Shown here in pieces: positions 35,301 to 46,560 of a stretch of DNA of 64,000 nucleotides. Made by a program: the position numbers and the translations under genes. This DNA comes from Rhina ancylostomus. Its lineage: Eukaryota. Each line of letters opens with the position of its first letter. The first letter of the stretch is position 1. The notes below the pieces were generated by a model. It worked only from the letters and a program-made list of their open reading frames with translations, was not told the origin of the DNA and ran no database searches. The stretch is taken from positions 82,422,254 to 82,486,253 of the forward strand of contig JARFYF010000084.1 of assembly GCA_030265395.1 (NCBI GenBank). The letters are read 5' to 3'.

Positions 35301-35882
35301 CACACACTTTGCTCTGAATTGTAGTTATCTCTGAATTGAATTTTTTTCTGAATTGTAATTGTCCTTGAAGACAAGGTGGCATTAAGTTAGAAATTTCAAT
35401 CTTCTGACCAGTTAGACTGAAGGAATAGTGATACTTGCTCAGATCGGGATTGTACGTGATTTGAACTGGAATATGGAGGAGATGATGTTCCTACTAACTT
35501 ATTGTGATAGTCAATTTGGTGCGGGGAGTTGTAGAGGAGGAAGCAGTTGAAATTACTTTGGTGATTTGTAATAGTGCAGGAGACAGTACTGTCATCAAAC
35601 AGTTCAGAATGCTACTGAGCTTCTTTGGTGTTGTGGGTATTGGGAGTATTCCATTACATCATCTAATTGAGTCTTGTAGTTAGTGGTGCAGCACTGAGCT
35701 CAGGAAGTTGGAACTATTTTGCAAAGTCTTTGTCCTGCTTTATAAATACAATATTCCAATGGTTGGTCCATTTGAGAAATTTGTTGGTAATGATGCCCAG
35801 GATATTGCTAATGTGAGGCTCAATAGTGATGGTGTACATTAAGATCAATTTGCCATCATTTAATGTCCAATAGCTCTGGCTC

Positions 35883-36070
35883 TTTGGCCCACCCAAACCC
35901 AGCAGCCATTTACACTAGTTGCTCATTATTCTCACCACGTTCCCATCAACTCCTCCCAGATTCTACCACTCACCTCACATTAGGGCAATTTACAGTCACC
36001 AATTAACATATCAATCTGAAAGTCTTTGGCATGTGGGAGGAAACTGGAGCACCTGGAGGAAATCCACAGC
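35883..36070 (-). mobile_element. Partial V-SINE
   Basis: ATGTGGGAGGAAACTGGAGCACCTGGAGGAAATCCAC is the reverse complement of the V-domain. CCAGATTCTACCACTCACC matches the 6246 copy. Confidence 0.8.
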
Positions 36071-36789
36071 CCTTATGCATTTGAATATTTCCTGTTAGCT
36101 GTCAACCCAATGCTAGTCTCATGTTGAACACATTACACTCCTCAGTTCAATTGGCTTAATGCTAATTCTCTGAGTCAAATTTTTGTAGGGACTAAACTTT
36201 CTATTTGCCAAGTTACTTACAATGTTTAATTAGGTTGCATGATAATTTGATTTTCAAGAAAATTTTTTTTACTCTTGTTCGATGTTAGGAACTGTGAGTC
36301 ACAGCAGACATTCCATTCAGCTTATTAGAATAGTATATAAAAAGGCATTCTAAGATTACTTGAGCTGTATTGGAGGAAGCTCATTTTCCCAGGACATGCC
36401 TAGACATCCAGATCTTGTTTTTTGTTTTGATTCAGTGTCCAGTTTGAACTTCAGGGACCCTTTGGCTTGTTTTTTCCAAATCTGTTTCCTTATCAAACAT
36501 TTTTGAATGCGAGATTCGAGTTTGAAATGTGTCCAGTGCATTTTGCGTATTAATTTTAGGATGTGTTCATGATCAGCAAATCTTTTGATGAATTTNNNNN
36601 NNNNNNNNNNNNNNNNNNNNNNNNNNNNNNNNNNNNNNNNNNNNNNNNNNNNNNNNNNNNNNNNNNNNNNNNNNNNNNNNNNNNNNNNNNNNNNNATTTA
36701 TCGTTGCAGCCTCTTTTGGTCTATGAAAAAATGGGCATAGGTGAGAAGACATTGGTTAAATTATCTGGACAAATATTACAGATTAGTTT

Positions 36790-37140
36790 TGGAATCACTT
36801 GAATTCAGAAGATAAGGGTGAGCTAATTGCATTGTTTAAGATAATTAAAGAAATCTGTAATCTATTCGAGAGAAATTATTTTTTCTGATGACTGAGGATA
36901 ACCTTAAAATTAGAACAAGGCTACTCAGGATTGATGGTTGAACACACCAAGAGTACTGGAAAATGAGAGCTCCCTCTCCTTAAGGTGTTGCAGCTAAGTC
37001 AATTTAAAAAATCATGGTTGATAGAGTTTTGCTAGTCAAAAATATTAAAGGTTAGAAAACCAAGACAAGTGGAAAGGGTTGAAATGTAGTTAGGTTATGA
37101 TCTCATTGAATGGCAGAAGAAGTTTGAGGGGCTGTGCTGT
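36790..37140 (+). mobile_element. Decayed CR1 3' end
   Basis: GAATTCAGAAGATAAGGGTGAGCTAATTG…GGTTATGATCTCATTGAATGGCAGA. Confidence 0.65.
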
Positions 37141-38822
37141 TTGGCACTTTGTTCTGGCATCAACAATATTTCTTAATTCAATCAAATTAAAATATTAGTT
37201 TCTTGCACACTTGTAAAAGAAACACTTTCTATAATATTTGAAAATGTATTGTGAGTAACCTGCAAATAGATGAGAAGGATGAAGCAGCGATCAACTGTTG
37301 GCAGAATTGCATATTACAATTAACAGGAACCACTTGTGACAAATGAGGCACTGGAATTGTGAGATGAAAATTGTGTGGCCCAATTATTTGTTCAACAGCT
37401 CTTCATTGAATAATGAAACTGCTGCTGGCTAGTGAGATGGAACATGCTGCTCCATAAACACTTGAAATCGCACTGTAGGAGACTGCTGTTGGTGAGAAAT
37501 ACAAGGCCAGGTGATTGAGGTGCTGACCGCAGAGACAGGCTGCCTCTGCTAATTCGTCGGCAGCCAACCCTCACTGCTCACAGCTTTAAGACATCTGTTT
37601 GCACAGTGGCTGGTTGATTTAAACAGACTGAAAATCACATTACACACTACTATTCAAGGCCACCAGCTCACTGGTTTCTGTAGCACACGGCAGGGGATGA
37701 TTAAAGACGATCTGTTAAAGAATCACAATGCCAACCACATCTTATTACTATTAAAGCTGTTTCACTGCTGTAAACTGTCAAGTAGACTGTACCAAAAATT
37801 CTCCTCTACCATGAATCCTTCTGAACACTTGCCCATTATAGTGGCCAGTTTTTGCAATTGAGTGCACAAAGTCCCAGCTGCTTAGAAAGATCTTTGTTAC
37901 AGGCGCTTCTGTGATTGTGTTGTAGTTTATTCTGAAAAGTCTGTCAACGTGGTTGCTTGTAACACTAAGTTATTAAGGATATTCCCTTAGTTGTCATTCC
38001 TAGATACTATCCACTAACCCCACCTAACTCCACAAGGAAAACAAGGATGAGTGTTTTAAGATTACGATTCTGCTCAATAGTGGACATGAAGGTCAACCAG
38101 CACAGGAACGACGGGTGAACCTGGGGCATAGGCTGACCTCAACTTAACGGCAGTATTACGTAGAACATCGAACAATACAGCATGGGAACAGGCCATTTGG
38201 CCCGCAATGTTTGTTTTGAACAAGAGAGGGTGACTAGACGTGTATTGGAATACTTGGATCTAGAAGAACCTCCCAATTTTTATACTCTCTGCTCCAACCA
38301 ATGATGGCAAGCATCCCATGTCTTCTTTACCCCTCTACCTACCTGTGTGGCCACTTCAGAGAACTATGGATTTGAACCCCAAGAAATACTGATGTTTTGA
38401 ATTATCCATGTCACACAACAAATGTTTTTATAAGCCATGTCTTGAAGAGAATCGTTATGGAGTCACAGACTGGATGAGAAGGTTATTTTGTTCCTAGAAT
38501 TATTCATGTGACAGGAAGTAGTTGTTGTTACACTGGACTGCTTTGGTGATAAACAAAAAAGCACAATTTTATAAAGGTATCACTTTTATTTTACCACTGA
38601 GTAAATATTCTCCAAATATGCAGATCATTATCTGATGATAGAAATAACTCAGCTGAGAGGTTAGATGTTTGGTAATTCATGTTCACAAACTGAATATGTT
38701 TACTGATCCCAAATGATGTTGGTGTTCAGATGAGACTGCTTTTTGATATTTTAATCAACAGCATCGCTAGTTTATTTGATGACCAAAGTCACTGAGACCT
38801 TACAGCTGTGTTGCATAACATA

Positions 38823-38977
38823 GAACCTTACAGCATGTGAAATGCATGGGGTTGAACCTCAAAGATTGTGAGCTGCATGCGGTTGTATCTCACTGGTTCT
38901 GAATTGCTTGAGGTTGAGTCTCTTGGGTTCCAAGTTCTATGAGCTTGAACATTACAGATTGTGAGCTGCTTGAAGTT
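38823..38977. repeat. Degenerate 31-bp minisatellite, 5 full units plus partial flanking units
   Basis: Units start at 38823, 38854, 38885, 38916 and 38947. Consensus is about GAACCTCACAGATTGTGAGCTGCATGAGGTT. Confidence 0.85.
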
Positions 38978-39082
38978 GACTTTGAGCTACTGTCCTGGTT
39001 GTACATCATTGACTACAGAGCTTTCACTTACATTGCATTGCTTGGAAGTCCATTTGTTAATGACTCCCAGGTGAAAAAGAAC

Positions 39083-39402
39083 CTAGAGCTGCTGCCTCAC
39101 AGCTTCAGTGACCTGGTTCCACTCCTGATCTCCAGCACTGTCTGTGTGGAGTTTGCACATTTTCCTTGTTATCATGGGGTGCTCAGGTTTCCTCTCACAT
39201 CCCAAAGATATTACTAGGTTAAATGGCTGCTGTAAATTACCCTTAGTGTGTAGTTGAATGGGAGAATATAGAGGGAGTTGATGAGAATATGGGGAGAATA
39301 AAATGGGTTCAGATAGGATTAGTGGAAAAATAGCTGCTTCATGGTCGGCGCAGTCTTGGTAGGCTGGGTGGCTCATTTCTATGCAGTATTTCTCTATGAC
39401 TC
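39083..39402 (+). mobile_element. V-SINE
   Basis: GAGCTGCTGCCTCACAGC…TGTGTGGAGTTTGCACATTTTCC…GGTTTCCTCTCACATCCCAAAGA…TCTCTATGACTC, colinear with the 6246 copy. Confidence 0.85.
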
Positions 39403-39409
39403 GTGATTC

Positions 39410-40100
39410 TCATAGAATCATACAGCATAGTAAAAGGCACTTCAGCCTACCTTGTCCATGCCAACCATGATGTTTATCAATACTACTCCCATTTGTCTAC
39501 ATTAGGCCCATTTCTCTCTATGCCTTTCCTATCTCAGTACCTGTCTAAAATACCTTTTAAACATCATAATTGTATGTGCCTCTACCATCTCCTCTGGCAA
39601 CTTGTTCCAGATAACCCCATCCTCTGTATGGATGAACTGACACCTCAGACATCCTTTAAATTTCTCCCCTTTCACCTTAAACCTATGCCCTCTAGTTCTA
39701 GTCTTCCCTGACCTGGGTAAAAAACTCAGACTATCTATCCTATCTACTTTATAAACCTTTATAAGGTCACCCGTAGGCCTCCTACATTCCAGTGAGAATA
39801 AACGCAGCCTATCCAATGTCTTCTTATAACTAAAGCTGTCCATTCCAGGCAACATCTTGGTGAATCTCTTCTGCATTTTCTCTATTGCTCCCACATCCTT
39901 CCTGTAGTGTGGCAACCAGAACTAAATGCAATACTCCACGTGTGGCCTGGTTAATGTTTGTATAGTTGCAACGTGATGCCCCAGCTCCCGTATTGGATGC
40001 CTCAGCCAGTGAAGGCAAGCATACCAAATGCCACCTTCACTACCCTATCCACCTACGTCACCACTTTCAGTGAGCTATGGACATGCACACCAAGGTCCCT
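39410..40100 (-). mobile_element. CR1 LINE 3' portion, tail-to-tail with a V-SINE
   Basis: PHYRKDVGAIEKMQKRFTKMLPGM…TRGHRFKVKGEKFKG…WNKLPEEMVEA. Confidence 0.9.
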
Positions 40101-41494
40101 CGGTACATTTCAAATCATTTTTTTTTACCTCTGTCTCTTATTCTAACTCCAATTTGTATTCATTGCCTTTCCTGTGGTAAGTGGTTATTCAGGAAGCACT
40201 TTGAATAGATTGGATGCAAAATAAGAGCACTACTGAGTGCCATTCAGCACAATGCACCTGAATCAGGAAATTGACTTCCACAGTATAAGTGAGAGATTAT
40301 CCAACTTTAGTGGACTTCTCATCTTTTCTTCAGCTTGCTGGGTCATGAACTTTGGAATTCATTGCTTAAAACTGCTCTTTCAACCTTGGATTTTTTTTTC
40401 CTCAGGTCACTCCTTAAAATGACAGTTGATGTTCAACCAAGGATATTTCACCTTCCCTAATATTTCCTCCGGTTGAAATTGTATTAATGGAATTAAAACA
40501 GTGTTTTGAGTCACCTTAATGCTGTTTATGAAGGTTGTTTAAAGATCAAGATCTTCAATTGCAAGGTTTCCCTGTGTCAGATTACCCACTAATGTGTTGC
40601 AAATTCTTGCAGCTGACAGAACTCATCTTGCAGCTGTGATCCCTGTAGCCAGTTCTTAAGGTACATAATTTAATGCAAGCAACATTTTGCCAGCTACAGG
40701 GGAGTGAATCATTACTGTTTTGATGGGGAGGAATGGGAGGTTTCTCCCAGAGGTCAGAGGGACATGGGCAGATTAGTGCCCTGTGAATGGGAGCCACAGA
40801 GACCCTGGAAAGAAGTTATCAGGAGGTCTCTGTAGTGTCTGCACATTGGGGAACCTTGCCATGCAACTGAATGCCTGTGGCCACTCTGCCTGCTTCTGTG
40901 GGCTGAGGAAATACAGTAAAAATCTGATAATCTGGCATCCAATTGTTTGGATATCCTGAGAGTACTGGCAGATGGCTCATTTATTAGTCCAGTAGGTGAG
41001 TCTGAGTTCCAGAGTGGACTTGGCATGGTTTGAACTCTGGGCCGGGAGTATGCAGCTGAAGCTAGGGTTGGGTGTGCTTATTTATTCTACGTCTACTAAA
41101 ACTTATATAGAGGAAGTTAAGACAAGGTTTAGTTGCAAGTTTGGAATTAACTGGTCATCTCTGTGGCTTTTGATTCATGTCTATACCTTGCATAAAACAA
41201 GAGGTCAATTGGTGATACTCTAGCAAGCTCAAGGCAAACAGTACAATCTCTAATAGTGAAATTGATTTCAGGTGAAGGTTAACCAGACTCCAAAAAAATG
41301 TTTCAGTTGGAATTCCCAGCAGATCAACATTATGGAGACCTGATTTTGCTTACGAAGGGTCATGTAAATTAATGAAGGAAGACTGTGAGCTGAAAACAAC
41401 CCCACTAAACAGCCAGGTCTTCAAGTGAACTGCAGTTGCACGTAGAACCTAACCTGACTGTTGAAGCAGTTGATCTCTCTTCCAGTATCATGGA

Positions 41495-41667
41495 ATATAT
41501 GGGAAGGCATTCAAAGGTACATTGCCCGGGACATGCCCCCTTCACGTTACTACCATCTGGGAGGAGGTACAGGAACCTGAAGGCCCACATTTCAGGAACA
41601 GCATTTTCTCCTCTGCCATCAGATTTCTGAACAGTCCATGAACACTACCTCATTATTCCTCTTTTGC
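41495..41667 (+). mobile_element. Rex1/Babar-clade LINE 3' fragment
   Basis: PGHAPFTLLPSGRRYRNLKAH, running into a gap. Confidence 0.8.
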
Positions 41668-42879
41668 NNNNNNNNNNNNNNNNNNNNNNNNNNNNNNNNN
41701 NNNNNNNNNNNNNNNNNNNNNNNNNNNNNNNNNNNNNNNNNNNNNNNNNNNNNNNNNNNNNNNNNNNNNNNNNNNNNNNNNNNNNNNNNNNNNNNNNNNN
41801 NNNNNNNNNNNNNNNNNNNNNNNNNNNNNNNNNNNNNNNNNNNNNNNNNNNNNNNNNNNNNNNNNNNNNNNNNNNNNNNATATATTCCTGATGTAATACT
41901 GATCCGCCTGGCAATGCATTGTCCATTCACTAGAACGGGCTAGCTGTTGACCAAAGCTATTGGCAGTCAAATTATTACCCTGGCTTGCAATTGTGCAAAA
42001 AGTGTAATTTTGTCATTCAAGAACCACTGAGCAACTTGCATTGTGTCCAGTTAGTGCAGATGAGAATGGCTATTGTTTTATTTGTTGACTGCCCATATAC
42101 TGCAGTGACCTGCCCTTCCAAAGAGCTTAAATACTCTATGTTGCAAAGCTGAATCTCTTAAAATCCATGTTTGTGTATCAGGACTAGTCCAATGACATGT
42201 GCTGCTCTAAATGATGATCTTCATAACCCAAGAGGAAACATACATGCCATACTATTTGCTTAAGAGGAAGCAGTGGTAAAGGAACATCTTGGTGGATATG
42301 GTGATCCAAATATCAGAATTAAGCATGAGCTTGATGGCCTTTTCTTGGACAGATTGAAATCATCCTGCAAGAACAATCTGATGTTAAGAACCACAAATAT
42401 AGTTGTTCCTGTAAGAAACAAAGTTCTGCTAGAATAAGAGAATTTTTTTGGAAAGGACTCACTTAATCCTGAAGAAATACTCATCAGTGTTAGGATAGAA
42501 AGGTTCATTGAACATCATCCAGGACAGAATATGTATGAAAATCATCTCCCGTGATGGCTCTCGAGAAGAGGTCTTGAAATTTGTTGGAACTGCTTTTGTC
42601 TCTTCTCTTCATAAGAACATAATAAACAGGAGCAGTGGTAGGCCAGTCAGGCACTTGAGCCTGCTTTGCCATTCAATAAGATTCATGATCTTATTGAATG
42701 GTGGAGCAATCTTGGCCTGTCTCCATACTCTTGATTCCCTTCTACTTTGGTAACTGAGTTTCTGCCTTGAATATCTTCAATAACTTTGCCTCCACTGTTC
42801 TCTGAGGTAGAGAATTCCAAAGATTTGAAAACATATAAAAGAAGTTCCTCATTCCCTTCCCTATCCCACTGGATCAGGC

Positions 42880-43965
42880 TTCTTCTAAGGTTCACAATTT
42901 CCCTAGCCTCAAACTTGGATCTTTCTTTTGGTTCTCTCCTATTTCTTCACATGTTCTCTCCAAGCTTAAGCACAGGGTAAGACAAAGACACAATTCCTGC
43001 TCCCCCCACTTATCCTATCTGTTGATCACCCAGTGCCCTTCCACTTCACTTATTTACTAACATTAATGGCTTTCTTTCTCTGCAAGAATGATCCCCCCTC
43101 ACCTTCAAATCTATTATCATTGCTTTTAAAACAAACTTGACCCATCTGATCCTGCAAACCAGAGCCTCATCTTCATTTTCACTTTTCTCTCCAATATTCT
43201 TGAGTATGTTATTGCCTGCCCCACACACTCAGCACTACATATTTGAGTCCCTCCAACTGGGTTTCTGACATTGCAATTTGTGAAAGAGCTCTTATTCAAG
43301 TTGCAAGGAAAATTCTTTGCAACTTTGACAACGATAACCCATCTCTCTTTTTCCCAACCTGTCTTCAGCCTTTCACATAATTGTGGAGACAATCTTCCTC
43401 GAATTTCTCATCATTGGCATGCAGCTGGATGAGATGGTGCTCACTTGCTTTCATTGGTAGCCAAAAATTGATTTCTCTTTCTGTTCACTGAGTAAAATCT
43501 CTGGTGTCCTCCTAAAGATCTACCCTTGACTACCTTCAGATTTTCACCTTTGCCTCCACTCAGTGACATCATCCAAAAAGACAAAATCAATTTCCACGTA
43601 AACACAGACATCAAGCTCTACTACAGTATCACTTCTCTCAAACCTTTAAGCATTTTTAAATTATCAGACTGCTGTTCCAACATCCAGTATTGATTGATCA
43701 AAAAATTCCTTCAGTTAAAAACTGTTAAGACCAAAGACTGCAGTTTTTGCTTCAACAGACTTTTTCCTTGCATACAGACTCCATCCCTCTCTCTGGTTGA
43801 CATTGAACTGGATTGTTTGCAACCATGGTTTTCATATTTAATGCTAAAATGAGTTGGATTATATATCTGTACAATCATTTAGGTTGTCTGCTTCCACCTT
43901 CATATCATCAGCCTAACTTTGCCCCTCTTATTTGCTGCTGAACATTTGTCCACCACACTGTTTCT
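42880..43965 (+). mobile_element. L2-clade LINE RT remnant
   Basis: AACTTGACCCATCTGATCCTGCAAACCAGAGCCTCATC…TTTCTCTCCAATATTCTTGAG (LDPSD..N.RPIS..FLSKILE type), and a decayed YADD region near 43595-43620. Confidence 0.7.
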
Positions 43966-46089
43966 AATAAAACATGACTACCTGTCCTTCCCAGTTTATG
44001 AACAACCTGTACATACAATTGAGTATTTGGGAGACCAGTGGGATGGATTTGCCAGCTACTGGGAGGCTGGAAGTATCTCCTTCTGTGTGGGAACATGGTT
44101 TGCAGCTGAATTTCTGACTTGTGAACTGTTCGGGTTATGAACAGTTCCTAGGAATGGAACTCTGCCCTAACCTGGGGAAGAACTGCAATGTTCTTTTCTA
44201 TCTCCAACAGTCTCTGAAAACTTCTCCAGTTCTCAAACTTGCCTTTCTGACAGTTCTTGACCACATCCAGTTTCCTTTGCTCCATTTACTGAAGTCTTCA
44301 TTCTTACAGATGCTAAGCAACGGAATTCTCTTCCTCACATTGCTCCCATTTTCTCTGTCTGTAAACTGCACCTTAAAGCTATTACTTAGATCAAGCTTGT
44401 GCAGTGTGCCTTGCAATGTGTCACTATATTTAGGGTGCTGTAAAATGTAAGTTGTAGCGGTTGTAAACAGCAATTATAGTATTGAAGATATCACTAAATG
44501 TGCTGTTGGATGAAAATGTAGGTAGTTGCAGACACAATAGCTAAATCATTTCTGATTCCACTGGTTATTAACCTTTTAGAAAAACAGTAGGGGGTTCTAT
44601 TTTTCTCTAACCCATTAAACTCTTTTAATTTGTTCTTCCACCTTCCAAAATTTCTACGATAAACAGTCTTCTGATTCAATCAATAAAGCATTTATGCCTG
44701 ACTGCATAAAGTCTAGGAGGGCTTTCTCTTTCTGAAAGTTTATTGATTGACCCACCAGGATCCAGCTTACTCATTTCAAAGGAAGAACTGGTCAGGAAAG
44801 CTTTCCATTGTGTCATTTTGAAAATATTGAGGGCAATGAATGGGCAGAGCTCTGTGCAGTTTGCAGTGCAGAATAGAAACTCAATTCTATTTAAAATGAC
44901 ACCTTGGCATTTTGTTAAAGACTAATACAGAGGTTTCCTGTTTGGCACAGCATTGTGGAGAAAATTATGGAGCTTAGTGGACTCAGAGATAATGGATGTT
45001 GTTTTGCAAGCATTTTTTTAGATACCTAGGCTGATTGTTGAATATTAGTCTGATGACTTGAACTGTAAAATTGATTCCTTTTACCTTGCTTCTTCTATTT
45101 CTCACTGCTTATTATTGTTTTTGGCAGAATTCTGCCCATGAATGCAGAGAATCATCTATGTGCCTCGTTCATCTCCAAAACCTTTAATGATTTCCAATGC
45201 TGCATACTTGAAAACAATTTATGAAAATATGACCTCCGTCTAAAGTTCTGTTCCTAGCAGTCCATCTTCCTCACAAGTTGGACCACCCTCTGGTATGTTT
45301 ACTAGCACATCATCTGGCGGTCTTTTCATGTGTCCAGGACTTCCTCAGTCATTGTCCCTTTACTCTTTTCAATTTAACTTCATATTCAACCTCAGAGCAG
45401 ACAAATTTCAATTTTAAGTACTGGTGATTCTCTCCCTCTTCTTTCATGCCATTCAGTAAAGCAATGGGAACCTGCTAACTTGTATGAGTGCAGATTGTCT
45501 CAAATTGTCCAGTGGGTCAACATGCATCACTAGCCTCAGGAGGGAAGGGAAAAAATGCTGCAGGGAAAGATGAAGCCCTCCATATAGCAGTCTGAGAATA
45601 ATTTTATTCGTAGAAGTGAAACCACTTGACTTTGCTTTTCAATTAAATTAGCATTTCATGAATGGGTGCAACTGCATAGGAACTCCTTTATGTGATTGTG
45701 CATCCATTGAGACTGGTAAGCATCATTATTTCATACAGGTAGAAATTACACAATTTTTCACAGCTCAGAGTTAGCAAATGACTTGGAAATGAGTTTTTGA
45801 TTAAAGTTTTTCAGATAATAGGTGTAGATATTTGTTTCCTACTCATAGTTAAACACTTTGAGTGTGAAGTTATATCATACTCATTCTTTTTTGTTTTATA
45901 TCCACCACATATCATCATTTCAATTCTGAAAAGTTCTAGCAAACAGATCAATCTTTTAACTCCAATTCTGGGATGTACATTGAATATAGTATATCAGAGC
46001 AGCGCATCTCATACAATTTTTGCATGCTTATCTGTAACTACAGAACTGCTGTAGTGGTCCAGCAGTTATTAATGTATTGCATCAATGTA

Positions 46090-46560
46090 TTTATATTGGG
46101 AATTTAACATAGTAAAACTTCCCAAGGCCCTTCAAAATAAAATTTGACAACAAGTAGCATATAAAAATATTGAGGGAATTATAAGAGGCAGCAGGGGCTT
46201 GGTTAAAGAGGTTTAAAGCAATCTCTTAAAAGAGGAACCAGAGATAGAGAGGCTGAGAGGTTTAGTGGTGGAATTCCATAGGCTGGGGCTGCAACCACAA
46301 ACAATGGAGCAATTAAATTCTAGGTTGATCTGCTGACTAAAGTTGAAAGAATGTAGATGTCTCCAAGCGTACTGGGGTCAGAGGAGATTTTGGAGATTTT
46401 AGAGACCAGAAGGTGCAAGGCCATGGAGGATTGATAATGTTGATCACTTTAAAATTGAGGATTTTCTTAACCAGGAACCACTGCAGGAGAGCAAGCACTG
46501 GGGTGATGGGTGAATGTTTAAGGCAAAGTTAGGAGATGGGCATCAGAACTTTGAATGAGC
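46090..46560 (-). mobile_element. L2-clade LINE 3' end
   Basis: GGCTTGGTTAAAGAGGTTT…GAGGCTGAGAGGTTTAGTGGTGGAATTCCATAG…AAGGCCATGGAGGA. Confidence 0.7.

Noticed and set aside
38823-38977. CRISPR-like periodicity
   Set aside because: The units are contiguous with no unique spacers, there are no cas genes, and the context is a vertebrate intron.
40580-41060. Possible second Harbinger Myb-like remnant (PWKEV-like motif)
   Set aside because: Similarity is too weak to support by eye; it needs an HMM search.
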